A DNA stretch of 64,000 nucleotides from an uncultured bacterium. Lineage in GTDB: Bacteria; Bdellovibrionota; JACOXK01; 2-02-FULL-40-11. Positions within the stretch are counted from its first letter, which is position 1. Every line of letters begins with the position of its first letter. Position numbers and translations under genes: made by a program. The notes beneath the pieces are model-generated. The model searched no databases. It saw only the letters and a program-made list of their open reading frames with translations, and was not told the origin of the DNA. Below, in pieces: positions 9,593-17,851 of the stretch. The stretch spans positions 5,521-69,520 of the forward strand of contig CAYJMQ010000002.1 in the NCBI GenBank assembly GCA_964371555.1, read 5' to 3'.

Positions 9593-9749
9593 TAAAGGCA
9601 AATATGTTTAGGACTTAGCGTTTGGTATCAAAAATGCCATTCTTGCGGGAGAAGTAGACGCATTTACTATCAAAACGGTTCAAGTAGTTATTCCAATAAA
9701 AAATTTATTTCTTGCACCCTCTGCCCAGACATGGAAAAACTAAATATAG

Positions 9750-11441
9750 ATGGATCGTGTCAGTGATGTAACCCTTCTCGATTGCACCATCCGGGACGGG
9801 GGATTTTTTAATCAGTGGAATTTTGAAGACCGGGTTGTCAGGGATGTCTATCGCGCTGTGTCGGCGTCTGGGGTCGGAATTGCCGAGCTTGGATACAGAG
9901 TCAATGAGAAATTTTCTGAACCAGAAAGGCTCAAAGAGCCATATGGAAAATGGAGATTTTCTTCTGAAGAGGATCTGAGGCGGGCGACTGAGGGGCTCAA
10001 ATCCCAGGGTGGCGCCAGGATCGCCGTTATGTCAGATTTTGGAAAAGTCGATCTCACCGATTTCGCTCAAGCCAGAGAAAGTGTTGTCGATATTGTCCGA
10101 TTGGCCGCGCACAAAGATCAGCTCTTTAAAGCGATTCAGTTTTTGGAAAAAGTGAAGGAAAAGGGATACGAGGTTTCCTTAAATGCAATGGGGTGTGCCG
10201 ATCTTACAGAGATAGAACGGAAAGAATTGATCCTGGCGTTGAAACGCTCATCTATCGATATGATCTATCTGGCCGATAGCTACGGATCGATCCTTCCGCA
10301 CCAGGTCAGATCCCTCTTTGAGCCCTTTTTGGAGATTCAAAATATTAAAGTCGGATTCCATGCGCATAATAATTTACAAATGGCTTTTGCCAACGCGCTG
10401 GAGGCGATCGCCTGCGGGGTTCATCTTATTGATTCAACGCTCTACGGAATGGGGCGCGGCGCCGGAAATTTATGCACGGAAATCATCGTTCTCTATCTTC
10501 AACTCTTAAATCGTAAAAAATATAACGTGATTCCGGTTTTGAATTGTATCGATTCTTATTTTCTCAAGTTAAAACAAAAACTGAACTGGGGATATCAGCT
10601 CCATTTTATGCTCTCCGGGATGTATCAATGTCATCCCAACTTTGCCAAAGAGCTCGTCGAGTTTCGGGAATACGCGGCAGAAGATATCTGCCGGATTATG
10701 GAAAGAATTAAGGAGGCGCGGCCGATCGGCTATCGCCCCGATCTGATTCGCGGGATTATTGAAAAGGGATATGTTGAAACGCTGGCAAAAGACGCGGTTC
10801 CTTATGTCGGTCGCCATGAGGGGAGAGACTTTCTCATTCTCGCGAATGGACCTTCTTTAAAACAATTCAAATCTCAAATCGATCGTTTTATTGAAAAGTA
10901 TGATCCCGTGGTGATGGGGACGAATCACCTTTCTGGATTATTTGCTCCAGACTATCATGCTTTTAATAATAAAAAGCGATTTATGAGATATATTGATTCG
11001 GTGAGCCCATCTTCCCAGTTATTGCTCAGTCAATATTTTGATCAAAAAATGGTTCGGGATTATACGTCAAGACCCTACGAGAATCTTTATTATAAAGATA
11101 TGCTCGGGAATGAATTTAATATTAAAAATGGCGTGGTTCAGACGAACTGCAGGACCATTTCCGTTCTTCTGATCGGAATTGCAATTGTCATGGGGGCGAG
11201 ACAGATTTATATTGCGGGAATGGATGGATATCTGGGATCGGATATTGAAAATTCTCTTCATTATTATCGTGAAGATGATGAAAACCGAAGCTCCGAAATG
11301 CTTAAAGAGAGGCATTGTTCATGTCAAAACTTTCTTTCTCAGATCAACGACTATTTGCCGGCCGTTGGGCGTGAAAAGCCCTGTTTTCTCACCCCCACGA
11401 GCTACCAGGTTTCATACAGGGATATTAATACATACTTATGA
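9750..11441 (+). CDS. HMGL-like (DRE-TIM metallolyase) aldolase domain fused to a Maf/MptE-like (DUF115, MAF_flag10) domain
   Basis: The N-terminal LLDCTIRDGGF and HAHNN motifs are typical of the pyruvate carboxyltransferase/HMGL-like TIM barrel; the C-terminal 220 aa (ILANGPSL...YIAGMDGY) match the DUF115 architecture of Campylobacter motility accessory factors. Confidence 0.55.
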   Translation: MDRVSDVTLLDCTIRDGGFFNQWNFEDRVVRDVYRAVSASGVGIAELGYRVNEKFSEPERLKEPYGKWRFSSEEDLRRATEGLKSQGGARIAVMSDFGKVDLTDFAQARESVVDIVRLAAHKDQLFKAIQFLEKVKEKGYEVSLNAMGCADLTEIERKELILALKRSSIDMIYLADSYGSILPHQVRSLFEPFLEIQNIKVGFHAHNNLQMAFANALEAIACGVHLIDSTLYGMGRGAGNLCTEIIVLYLQLLNRKKYNVIPVLNCIDSYFLKLKQKLNWGYQLHFMLSGMYQCHPNFAKELVEFREYAAEDICRIMERIKEARPIGYRPDLIRGIIEKGYVETLAKDAVPYVGRHEGRDFLILANGPSLKQFKSQIDRFIEKYDPVVMGTNHLSGLFAPDYHAFNNKKRFMRYIDSVSPSSQLLLSQYFDQKMVRDYTSRPYENLYYKDMLGNEFNIKNGVVQTNCRTISVLLIGIAIVMGARQIYIAGMDGYLGSDIENSLHYYREDDENRSSEMLKERHCSCQNFLSQINDYLPAVGREKPCFLTPTSYQVSYRDINTYL

Positions 11442-12364
11442 ATATGGAACAGGTTTCAATCGTTTTCCCAGTCTATAATGAAGAAAATAATCTGGTTGTT
11501 CTGTATGAAAAAGTGAAAACAGCCTGCCAAATGGCAGGGGTTTCAAGCCAGATGGTTTTCGTGGATAACGGGAGCGAGGATGCGTCATTAGATATTATAA
11601 GACAGCTCAGCCGAAATGATCCCCAGGTAAGCTATATCTCTCTCTCCCGGAATTTTGGTCATCAGAACGCCCTCTTTGCGGGGCTCATGCACTGTAAGGG
11701 GGATGCCGTTATTACCATGGATGCCGATCTTCAACACCCCCCCTCCCTGATTCCCGAGATGATCCGTTTGTGGAGAGAGGGGAATGAAGTTGTTTATACC
11801 GTCAAAAAAAGTGAAAACATCCCCTATTTGAAACGCCTTGTTTTAAAAATTTTTTACAAGTTGATGACAAGGGTTTCCGGGCTTGAGTTTCGTTTTGGTC
11901 AGTCGGACTTCAGGCTGATCGATAAAAAGGTTCTGGAGATAGTCTTAAAGATGCCTGAGTATCATAAATTCCTGCGGGGGCAGATCCGCTGGGTCGGCTT
12001 TAAACAGACAGGCATCACCTTTGCCATTGAGCCAAGATACAGCGGTCAATCAAAATTTTCTGTTAAAGATTTGTTTGTATTTGCAATCGACGGTCTATTC
12101 GGTTTTTCCAGACACCCTCTGCATTTGATCATGCTGATCGGCTTAGTGGTTGGATTTTTTTCTTTCTTATACATGCTGGCTGAGGTTATTTTGCCATGGC
12201 TTTTCAATTCCCCAATGCCTCCAGGGTTTGTTACCCTGGCGGCTGCTATTTTTTTTCTAGGCAGCATTCAGTTGATAGCCATTGGCGTTTTGGGAGAGTA
12301 TGTGGGGAGAATATTTGATCAGACAAAACAACGCCCCAATTTTATTATAAAAGAGAGGTCTTAA
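11438..12364 (+). CDS. GT2 polyprenyl-phosphate glycosyltransferase (GtrB/ArnC/Dpm1-like) with C-terminal TM helices
   Basis: VSIVFPVYNEE...VFVDNGSEDAS...DADLQHPP GT2 motifs plus two C-terminal hydrophobic helices. Confidence 0.75.
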   Translation: MNMEQVSIVFPVYNEENNLVVLYEKVKTACQMAGVSSQMVFVDNGSEDASLDIIRQLSRNDPQVSYISLSRNFGHQNALFAGLMHCKGDAVITMDADLQHPPSLIPEMIRLWREGNEVVYTVKKSENIPYLKRLVLKIFYKLMTRVSGLEFRFGQSDFRLIDKKVLEIVLKMPEYHKFLRGQIRWVGFKQTGITFAIEPRYSGQSKFSVKDLFVFAIDGLFGFSRHPLHLIMLIGLVVGFFSFLYMLAEVILPWLFNSPMPPGFVTLAAAIFFLGSIQLIAIGVLGEYVGRIFDQTKQRPNFIIKERS

Positions 12365-12370
12365 AAATAG

Positions 12371-13111
12371 ATGACCCGGGCAAAGGTTTTCATTTTGTGT
12401 GGAGGGAGGGGGCGTCGCCTTGAGCCGAATCATCCCGGTCTTCCCAAAGTATTGGTGGAACTCCGGGGGAAACCGATCCTTCAGCATATTCTCGAATTTT
12501 ATATTCAGCGTGAGTGGCGTCAGTTTGTTATCTGCGCCGGTTACCGGAGCGATCTCGTTCGTGGTTTTCTATCCCAATTTCAATCCAATGCCGAAATAGA
12601 GATCTCAGACAGCGGCATCGATGCCGGAATGCTTGAGCGTCTTTATCGTGCGCGGCATCTCATCGGTGAGCGGGCGGTCATTACTTACGGAGATACGTTT
12701 ATCGATATCGATATCGATCAGATGCTCAAGGAACATCTGAAAGGAGGGAGAGATCTCACCTTGACAGTCGCCGACATCCGGACCCCTTTTGGCATTGTTA
12801 AAATAGACAAGGACCAAAAGGTCAAATCGTTTGAGGAAAAGCCGGTTTTCTCGTACTATATCGGGCACATGATTCTTGAGCGCAGGGTCCTCGACGAACT
12901 CGATGAACGATTGATTGTTACGCCGGATGGGGAAGGAATCGTCAAACTGTTTCAACTGCTTGCAAGACAAAAGAGACTACACGCCTATAAACATAAGGGG
13001 CTAAAATTGACATTCAATACCTGGGATGAACATAAGAGCGCGGAAGATGTATTTGTGAGGTTTTTTACTGAAGCCGCAAGTCCATTTCCGGAGGAAATGG
13101 ACGCGCAGTAA
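12371..13111 (+). CDS. sugar-1-phosphate nucleotidyltransferase, glucose-1-phosphate cytidylyltransferase-like (RfbF/DdhA family)
   Basis: ILCGGRGRRL (GxGxR) motif, ICAGYRSD; length and motif spacing match RfbF. Confidence 0.7.
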   Translation: MTRAKVFILCGGRGRRLEPNHPGLPKVLVELRGKPILQHILEFYIQREWRQFVICAGYRSDLVRGFLSQFQSNAEIEISDSGIDAGMLERLYRARHLIGERAVITYGDTFIDIDIDQMLKEHLKGGRDLTLTVADIRTPFGIVKIDKDQKVKSFEEKPVFSYYIGHMILERRVLDELDERLIVTPDGEGIVKLFQLLARQKRLHAYKHKGLKLTFNTWDEHKSAEDVFVRFFTEAASPFPEEMDAQ

Positions 13112-13136
13112 AGTCGCAAGCCATTTTCGAAAGAAA

Positions 13137-14153
13137 ATGGCGCGCAGCATGAATATAAGCCTTTTTATGATGTCATTTAGTGGAAAAAAAGTTCTGGTTA
13201 CCGGTGGGGGTGGATTTATCGCCTCTCATCTCACCCGGCGCCTGGTCAAAGAAGGGGCCGATGTCTGGATCACCGCAAAATATCACAGCATCATTGACAA
13301 TGTCCGGTTAGCGGATGTGTGGGGGAAGATCAACTGTCTTGAGGCCGATTTGAGAAATCCCGATGCGCTGAAAGAGATTGCCGCAATTCAACCAGAAATC
13401 ATTTATCACATGGCTGCCTATAATCATGTGGGAGATAGCTTCGCGAATGTTACAGAGGCGATTGATGTGAATGGAACAGGATCAGTGAATTTGCTGGAAG
13501 CGTATGGAGGCTATGAAAGATTTATTTATGTTTCTTCTTCTGAAATTTATGGGCATCAGGAGGCTGTTCCTTTTTGCGAAGAGGCGCTGCCATTTCCAAT
13601 CTCCCCCTACGCTGTCGGAAAATATGCCGGTGAATGTTACGCGCGGCTCAAATGGCATGTGGAGAAAAAACCGATTGTCGTTCTTCGCCCGTTTAATACG
13701 TTTGGCCCGTATCAGAGCCCGCGGGCGATTATTGGCGAGCTCATTATCAAATGTCTCAAAGGGGAAGATATTGTGACGACCGATGGAATACAGACCCGCG
13801 ATTTTAACTATGTTGAAAATATGGTTGAGGCGTTTATATTAGCGGCATTTCATGAAGAGGCGGTTGGGAAGATCATCAATGTCGGTTCAGGAAGGGAGAT
13901 CTCCATTCGGGAGCTTACGACAAAAATTCATGCCGTTGCGCAGTCCCGCTCAAGACTTCGAATCGGGGAGCTGCCGTACCGTCCGACAGAAATCTGGCGG
14001 ATGGCTGCGGACGCGAAGCGGGCAAAACAGATATTGGGATGGACGCCGGGAGTCGATTTTGAAGAGGGACTGAAAAAAACGATTGAATGGTATCGAAAAT
14101 TTATTGCCGTCTTCTACCACGAAAGTTCCGAACTGCGTCGTTTGAGTGAATAA
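13137..14153 (+). CDS. NAD-dependent epimerase/dehydratase (NDP-sugar dehydratase-like)
   Basis: VLVTGGGGFIASHL Rossmann, YAVGKYAGE (YxxxK); the start may instead be the Met at 13167; a hairpin (13120-13141, GAAA loop) overlaps the annotated start. Confidence 0.7.
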   Translation: MARSMNISLFMMSFSGKKVLVTGGGGFIASHLTRRLVKEGADVWITAKYHSIIDNVRLADVWGKINCLEADLRNPDALKEIAAIQPEIIYHMAAYNHVGDSFANVTEAIDVNGTGSVNLLEAYGGYERFIYVSSSEIYGHQEAVPFCEEALPFPISPYAVGKYAGECYARLKWHVEKKPIVVLRPFNTFGPYQSPRAIIGELIIKCLKGEDIVTTDGIQTRDFNYVENMVEAFILAAFHEEAVGKIINVGSGREISIRELTTKIHAVAQSRSRLRIGELPYRPTEIWRMAADAKRAKQILGWTPGVDFEEGLKKTIEWYRKFIAVFYHESSELRRLSE

Positions 14154-15780
14154 GAGGTTCCTACATCTCTCCGTTTTATTTTTGGTATTAATCTTGAGCC
14201 TTTTTCTGGTTCTTCCCACCATTCATAATCATATCAACGACCCCAATGCGATTGTCTATTTTAATCATGATGAAGGGTATCAGATGGATCTTATCTGGTC
14301 GTACTATCGCGGTGAAATTCGTCCGAGCTATGCGGGGAATGTCGATTATGGCCTGGAAATGGTTTACATCACCGATCTTTGCCGTCTCTTTTTTTCCAGA
14401 TTTATCGATTTTACTCCAGGTTTATTTGTTGTCATCATGAGATGGCTGCATCTCATGGGGTGGCTCTTTGCGTTGGTTGTCTTTTGGCGAATGGTCGGAC
14501 GTCATTTTAACAGGGGGTGGCAGCGATCGGCTTCAACCCTTCTGCTTTCGGTTCATCCGGCCTTTGCCTATTTTTCAAATAACAATAAACCCGATTTTTT
14601 GGTCCTCTTATTTATGATCATCGGACTTGACTATTCTCTGCGATTGGTTGAGCGCCCTTCAAAGAAGGCGCTCCTCATCTCTGTCGCTTCAGCGGCGATC
14701 GCTGTTATCATAAAGTTTGCCGGTGTTTTTCTTCTGCCTGCGATTGTTGCAGCGCTCTACTTGGGAAAGGAGGGGGGCAAAGGGGGCAAGGGGGAAGAAC
14801 GGGAGGGGGGCGTTGCAAAGAAAGTACTCTCAGATGGCTTAATCGTCTTTGCCATCTTTGTCTCGGCTATGTTGATCTTTGGTTTTCGATGGTTTCTGGA
14901 CCCTGCCCATTTGATCAATACGTACGTTCAGAATGGACTCGATTTTTCGGGTGGTTTTATGATCAGGGATCTTTCTGTCCCGGCAGCGTTTGTAAAAACA
15001 TATTTGTCGACTCTTGTTAAGAGATTTGTCTCTTTCGATCTGATTATTCTTTCCCTGTTTGGAATATATCTCTTTATGGAGATTTTCTTTAAAAGAGAAG
15101 GATTTTCCTTTAGGCCCGACCAAAGGAAGAAGAAGAAAAGGCTTGTACTGATCATCTATCTTGTCCCCTTTCTTTTATCAATCTTTACCCCTGGCCGTTT
15201 TACCCGGTACCATGCCCTCCCCTTTTTTGCGGCGATCTACATTCTCATTTTCGAGGGGATGGGGATCATGATGTTTGTATTTCGTGACTATCAGATCGCA
15301 AAGGGGATTGCAAAAATTGCGCTGACACTTCTCGTTCTGTTCGACATCTCCGTAAATGCCGCAAGGACAGTCAGGGAAAGGGTTACTCAGTTTCATCAGC
15401 GGGAAGGTGTGTCATTTGAGATCTCTCAATGGTGGCGGCGGCATATTCCCCCGGAAGAAAAGGTCGTAACCGATCATATGACACGCGTCTATGTTCCGCC
15501 CGAACACAAGAACATCACGATTTTTAGAGGATATCAGATTAGCCGGCTCGAACAACTTCGCGGCATCATAAAAGAGGGGGTAAAGGAGGGGGTGAAAGAG
15601 AGTCGGCCACGCTACCTCTATTATAATGAAGGGCCGAGTGGAGGTAAGGCATTTCCGCCGATCGATCTCATGCTTCCGGGTCAAAGGGTAAAATTAGCTA
15701 AATTATTTGAAACTGAGGGGCGGAAATATCAGAGACGGGAAGGAGACAGATTTCTGATCTATGAACTGATGTATGAGTAG
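14146..15780 (+). CDS. polytopic membrane protein, GT-C-like glycosyltransferase (ArnT/PMT-like) with Gly/Lys-rich low-complexity loops
   Basis: More than 10 hydrophobic segments; low-complexity GKEGGKGGKGEEREGG and KEGVKEGVKE loops encoded by G-rich repeats. Confidence 0.45.
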   Translation: MNKRFLHLSVLFLVLILSLFLVLPTIHNHINDPNAIVYFNHDEGYQMDLIWSYYRGEIRPSYAGNVDYGLEMVYITDLCRLFFSRFIDFTPGLFVVIMRWLHLMGWLFALVVFWRMVGRHFNRGWQRSASTLLLSVHPAFAYFSNNNKPDFLVLLFMIIGLDYSLRLVERPSKKALLISVASAAIAVIIKFAGVFLLPAIVAALYLGKEGGKGGKGEEREGGVAKKVLSDGLIVFAIFVSAMLIFGFRWFLDPAHLINTYVQNGLDFSGGFMIRDLSVPAAFVKTYLSTLVKRFVSFDLIILSLFGIYLFMEIFFKREGFSFRPDQRKKKKRLVLIIYLVPFLLSIFTPGRFTRYHALPFFAAIYILIFEGMGIMMFVFRDYQIAKGIAKIALTLLVLFDISVNAARTVRERVTQFHQREGVSFEISQWWRRHIPPEEKVVTDHMTRVYVPPEHKNITIFRGYQISRLEQLRGIIKEGVKEGVKESRPRYLYYNEGPSGGKAFPPIDLMLPGQRVKLAKLFETEGRKYQRREGDRFLIYELMYE

Positions 15781-15809
15781 CAAGTCCATTTCCTTTGGCA
15801 ATGGACTTG
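15781..15809 (+). terminator. hairpin (10-bp stem caagtccatt/aatggacttg, 9-nt loop) followed by a pyrimidine-rich stretch; possible terminator
   Basis: Starts right after the stop codon of the 14146..15780 gene; shares a 14-mer with the 3' end of the 12371..13111 gene. Confidence 0.3.
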
Positions 15810-15858
15810 CTGCTTCTCTCTTGCCATTTCTAACGGTTTTGATACGGCTATCCTTAGT

Positions 15859-16398
15859 ATGAAAAAGATCCTCGATTCCCATGGCAGGGTTTTTGGTATC
15901 ATTAATATTTTCGATTTTCTGTTCCTCCTCTTTCTGATCCTTCTTCTTCCAATGATTTATCATGGCTATAGGCTCACCCATGTAAAACAGGAATTTGTGA
16001 AAGCGGGATATCATCCGGCCAGTGATGTGCCGGCGTCAAAGATTTTGCTGGAGAAAGAGATCCCTCTTGTCCTGCAGATGAGAAATCTCACCCATGAAGA
16101 AGCTTCTTTTATTAAAAAAAGAATAAATAAGATTGAGTGGGAGAACGATGTCAGATTTATAAGGCTGCTCAAAAAGCAAACAGAGCCCCTGATGCTTGGT
16201 ACGAGATCCCTTATGCAGGTACATGGACTCGAGTTTCTGGTTTCTGTTCGGATTTCAGTTTTGAGAAGAAATTATTCCGTGCCAGATGTATTATTTCGAA
16301 ACGCAAAGATCCCGGAGCAGATTGTGAACATCATTATAGGCGAGAGGAGATTTAAGGGGTTTCTTCAGCCCCTAAATTCTAATGAGCAGAATATATAG
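15859..16398 (+). CDS. hypothetical membrane-anchored protein
   Basis: ORF with a single N-terminal hydrophobic helix; no recognisable family. Confidence 0.35.
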   Translation: MKKILDSHGRVFGIINIFDFLFLLFLILLLPMIYHGYRLTHVKQEFVKAGYHPASDVPASKILLEKEIPLVLQMRNLTHEEASFIKKRINKIEWENDVRFIRLLKKQTEPLMLGTRSLMQVHGLEFLVSVRISVLRRNYSVPDVLFRNAKIPEQIVNIIIGERRFKGFLQPLNSNEQNI

Positions 16399-16807
16399 AG
16401 AAAGTTTCATCTATCGGCTTTTTTTTCAGCGCCCCCTGATCGAGAATGGAGGAGAGACATTTCTCGAGCGATCAGTTGTTTTCCGGCGTTATCTTTTATT
16501 TTTTGAAAAAATGAGACTATTTTTATTTCAAAGCGTCGGCTATAGGCTTATAAAAAGGGGACACGATTTTTTTGTGAGATATGGTTTCAGAATAGTCGGA
16601 GTCCTTGTCCTCTTTTCTTCTTTTTACTTCTTTCTATCCAGGTTTATAGTCGAGGATTCTCGTTTTACCCTCTTTGAATTTTTCTTTTATTTAGATTTAT
16701 TCTTTTTAGGTTTTTTTTTCTTTATTCCCCTAAACCATTTGCCAGGCTATTATGAGAGAAGCTGGCTCAAAAAATATCTCTTTTCAAAAAAATTGTTCGC
16801 GCGTTAG
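16382..16807 (+). CDS. hypothetical small membrane protein
   Basis: Hydrophobic, Phe-rich 141 aa ORF in an AT-rich stretch; may be spurious. Confidence 0.25.
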   Translation: MSRIYRESFIYRLFFQRPLIENGGETFLERSVVFRRYLLFFEKMRLFLFQSVGYRLIKRGHDFFVRYGFRIVGVLVLFSSFYFFLSRFIVEDSRFTLFEFFFYLDLFFLGFFFFIPLNHLPGYYERSWLKKYLFSKKLFAR

Positions 16808-17807
16808 CGTCATTATTCCGACTTATAACCGCGCAGCCTATTTAAAAGAAGCGATTGAGAGCGTCCTACAGCAAAGATTCTCCCCCCCCCTATCCCCAAC
16901 TGATGTTGAGCTGATTGTTGTCGATGATGGTTCCACAGATGAAACCGGGAATCTGCTCTCTTTTTATAAAGAGAGAATAAAATGTCTTTATCAGAGAAAC
17001 CGGGAACGGGGAGCGGCAAGAAATCTCGGCATTCTCTCGTCTCTAAATGACCATGGGGATGACAATGGGGATGACCATGGGGGGGAATATATCGCCTTCC
17101 TCGACTCTGATGATCTTTGGCTTCCGGACCATTTACAACTCTGCGTTTTGGCCCTTGAGAAGGAGCCCGATTATGGGGTCGCCTTTTCAAACGCCTATCA
17201 GATCGATGCCTGCGGAAAAATCATCGCTAAAAATGCAAAAAATGTTTGGAAGGGAGATGTTCTTGAAAAACTGATTAAAAAATACTCATCTGTGGGGTGT
17301 AATTCATCCTCTTCTGTCGTGAGAAAAGGGGTGTTCAGTCAAGGGGGTCTCTTTTGTGAAGATCCAGAGCTTTCTGGATCGGAAGACTGGGAGATGTGGG
17401 TGAGGCTTGCGAATCGCGCTCGTTTTCTTCCCGTCGATGCCTATACGGTAAAACTAAGATGTCATGCTGAACAGTCATCACGGAGGATTGAGAAGATGGA
17501 AAAATCAATGACGCTTGCCCTCGATCTCGTTTTTCAGAATAAAGCGCTGATACCTAAAATCGAAAAATGGAAAAGAGAAGGGTATAGCAGTCTCTATACC
17601 ATTATCGCAACGAACTATTGCGGAGCAGCTCATTTTTCGAGAGCTTCGTATTTCTTAAAAAGAGCTGTTTTAGAGTATCCTTTGGCCCTGATTTTCAATA
17701 AACTGGTTTTATATACATTCTTTAGAATGCTTTTGGGAAAGCGTTTGGTTGCGCTTTTGAGAAAGCTCAAATTGCTGGCATATCGTCTTCGATATGGAGA
17801 AAGATGA
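16752..17807 (+). CDS. GT2 family glycosyltransferase containing C9 and G7 homopolymer tracts and a 12-bp tandem repeat
   Basis: VSVIIPTYNRAAYL...VVDDGSTDET...AFLDSDD GT2 motifs; C9 at 16882-16890 encodes SPPLSP; 12-bp repeat at 17047-17087 encodes DHGDDNGDDHGG. Confidence 0.7.
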   Translation: MREAGSKNISFQKNCSRVSVIIPTYNRAAYLKEAIESVLQQRFSPPLSPTDVELIVVDDGSTDETGNLLSFYKERIKCLYQRNRERGAARNLGILSSLNDHGDDNGDDHGGEYIAFLDSDDLWLPDHLQLCVLALEKEPDYGVAFSNAYQIDACGKIIAKNAKNVWKGDVLEKLIKKYSSVGCNSSSSVVRKGVFSQGGLFCEDPELSGSEDWEMWVRLANRARFLPVDAYTVKLRCHAEQSSRRIEKMEKSMTLALDLVFQNKALIPKIEKWKREGYSSLYTIIATNYCGAAHFSRASYFLKRAVLEYPLALIFNKLVLYTFFRMLLGKRLVALLRKLKLLAYRLRYGER

Positions 17808-17851
17808 AAACTGTTTGTTGCAAGCATTATTTTATGATTAGCTGAAGGTAA

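Noticed and set aside
9540-9750. AT-rich block as a mobile-element boundary or att site
   Set aside because: No direct repeats flanking the HEPN/MNT pair were found and there is no recombinase; it is more simply the TA promoter/operator region.
13120-13141. Hairpin gccattttc-GAAA-gaaaatggc as a transcription terminator
   Set aside because: It is not followed by a U-tract, and it overlaps the candidate start codon of the next gene; it is more likely a translational or structural element, or coincidental.
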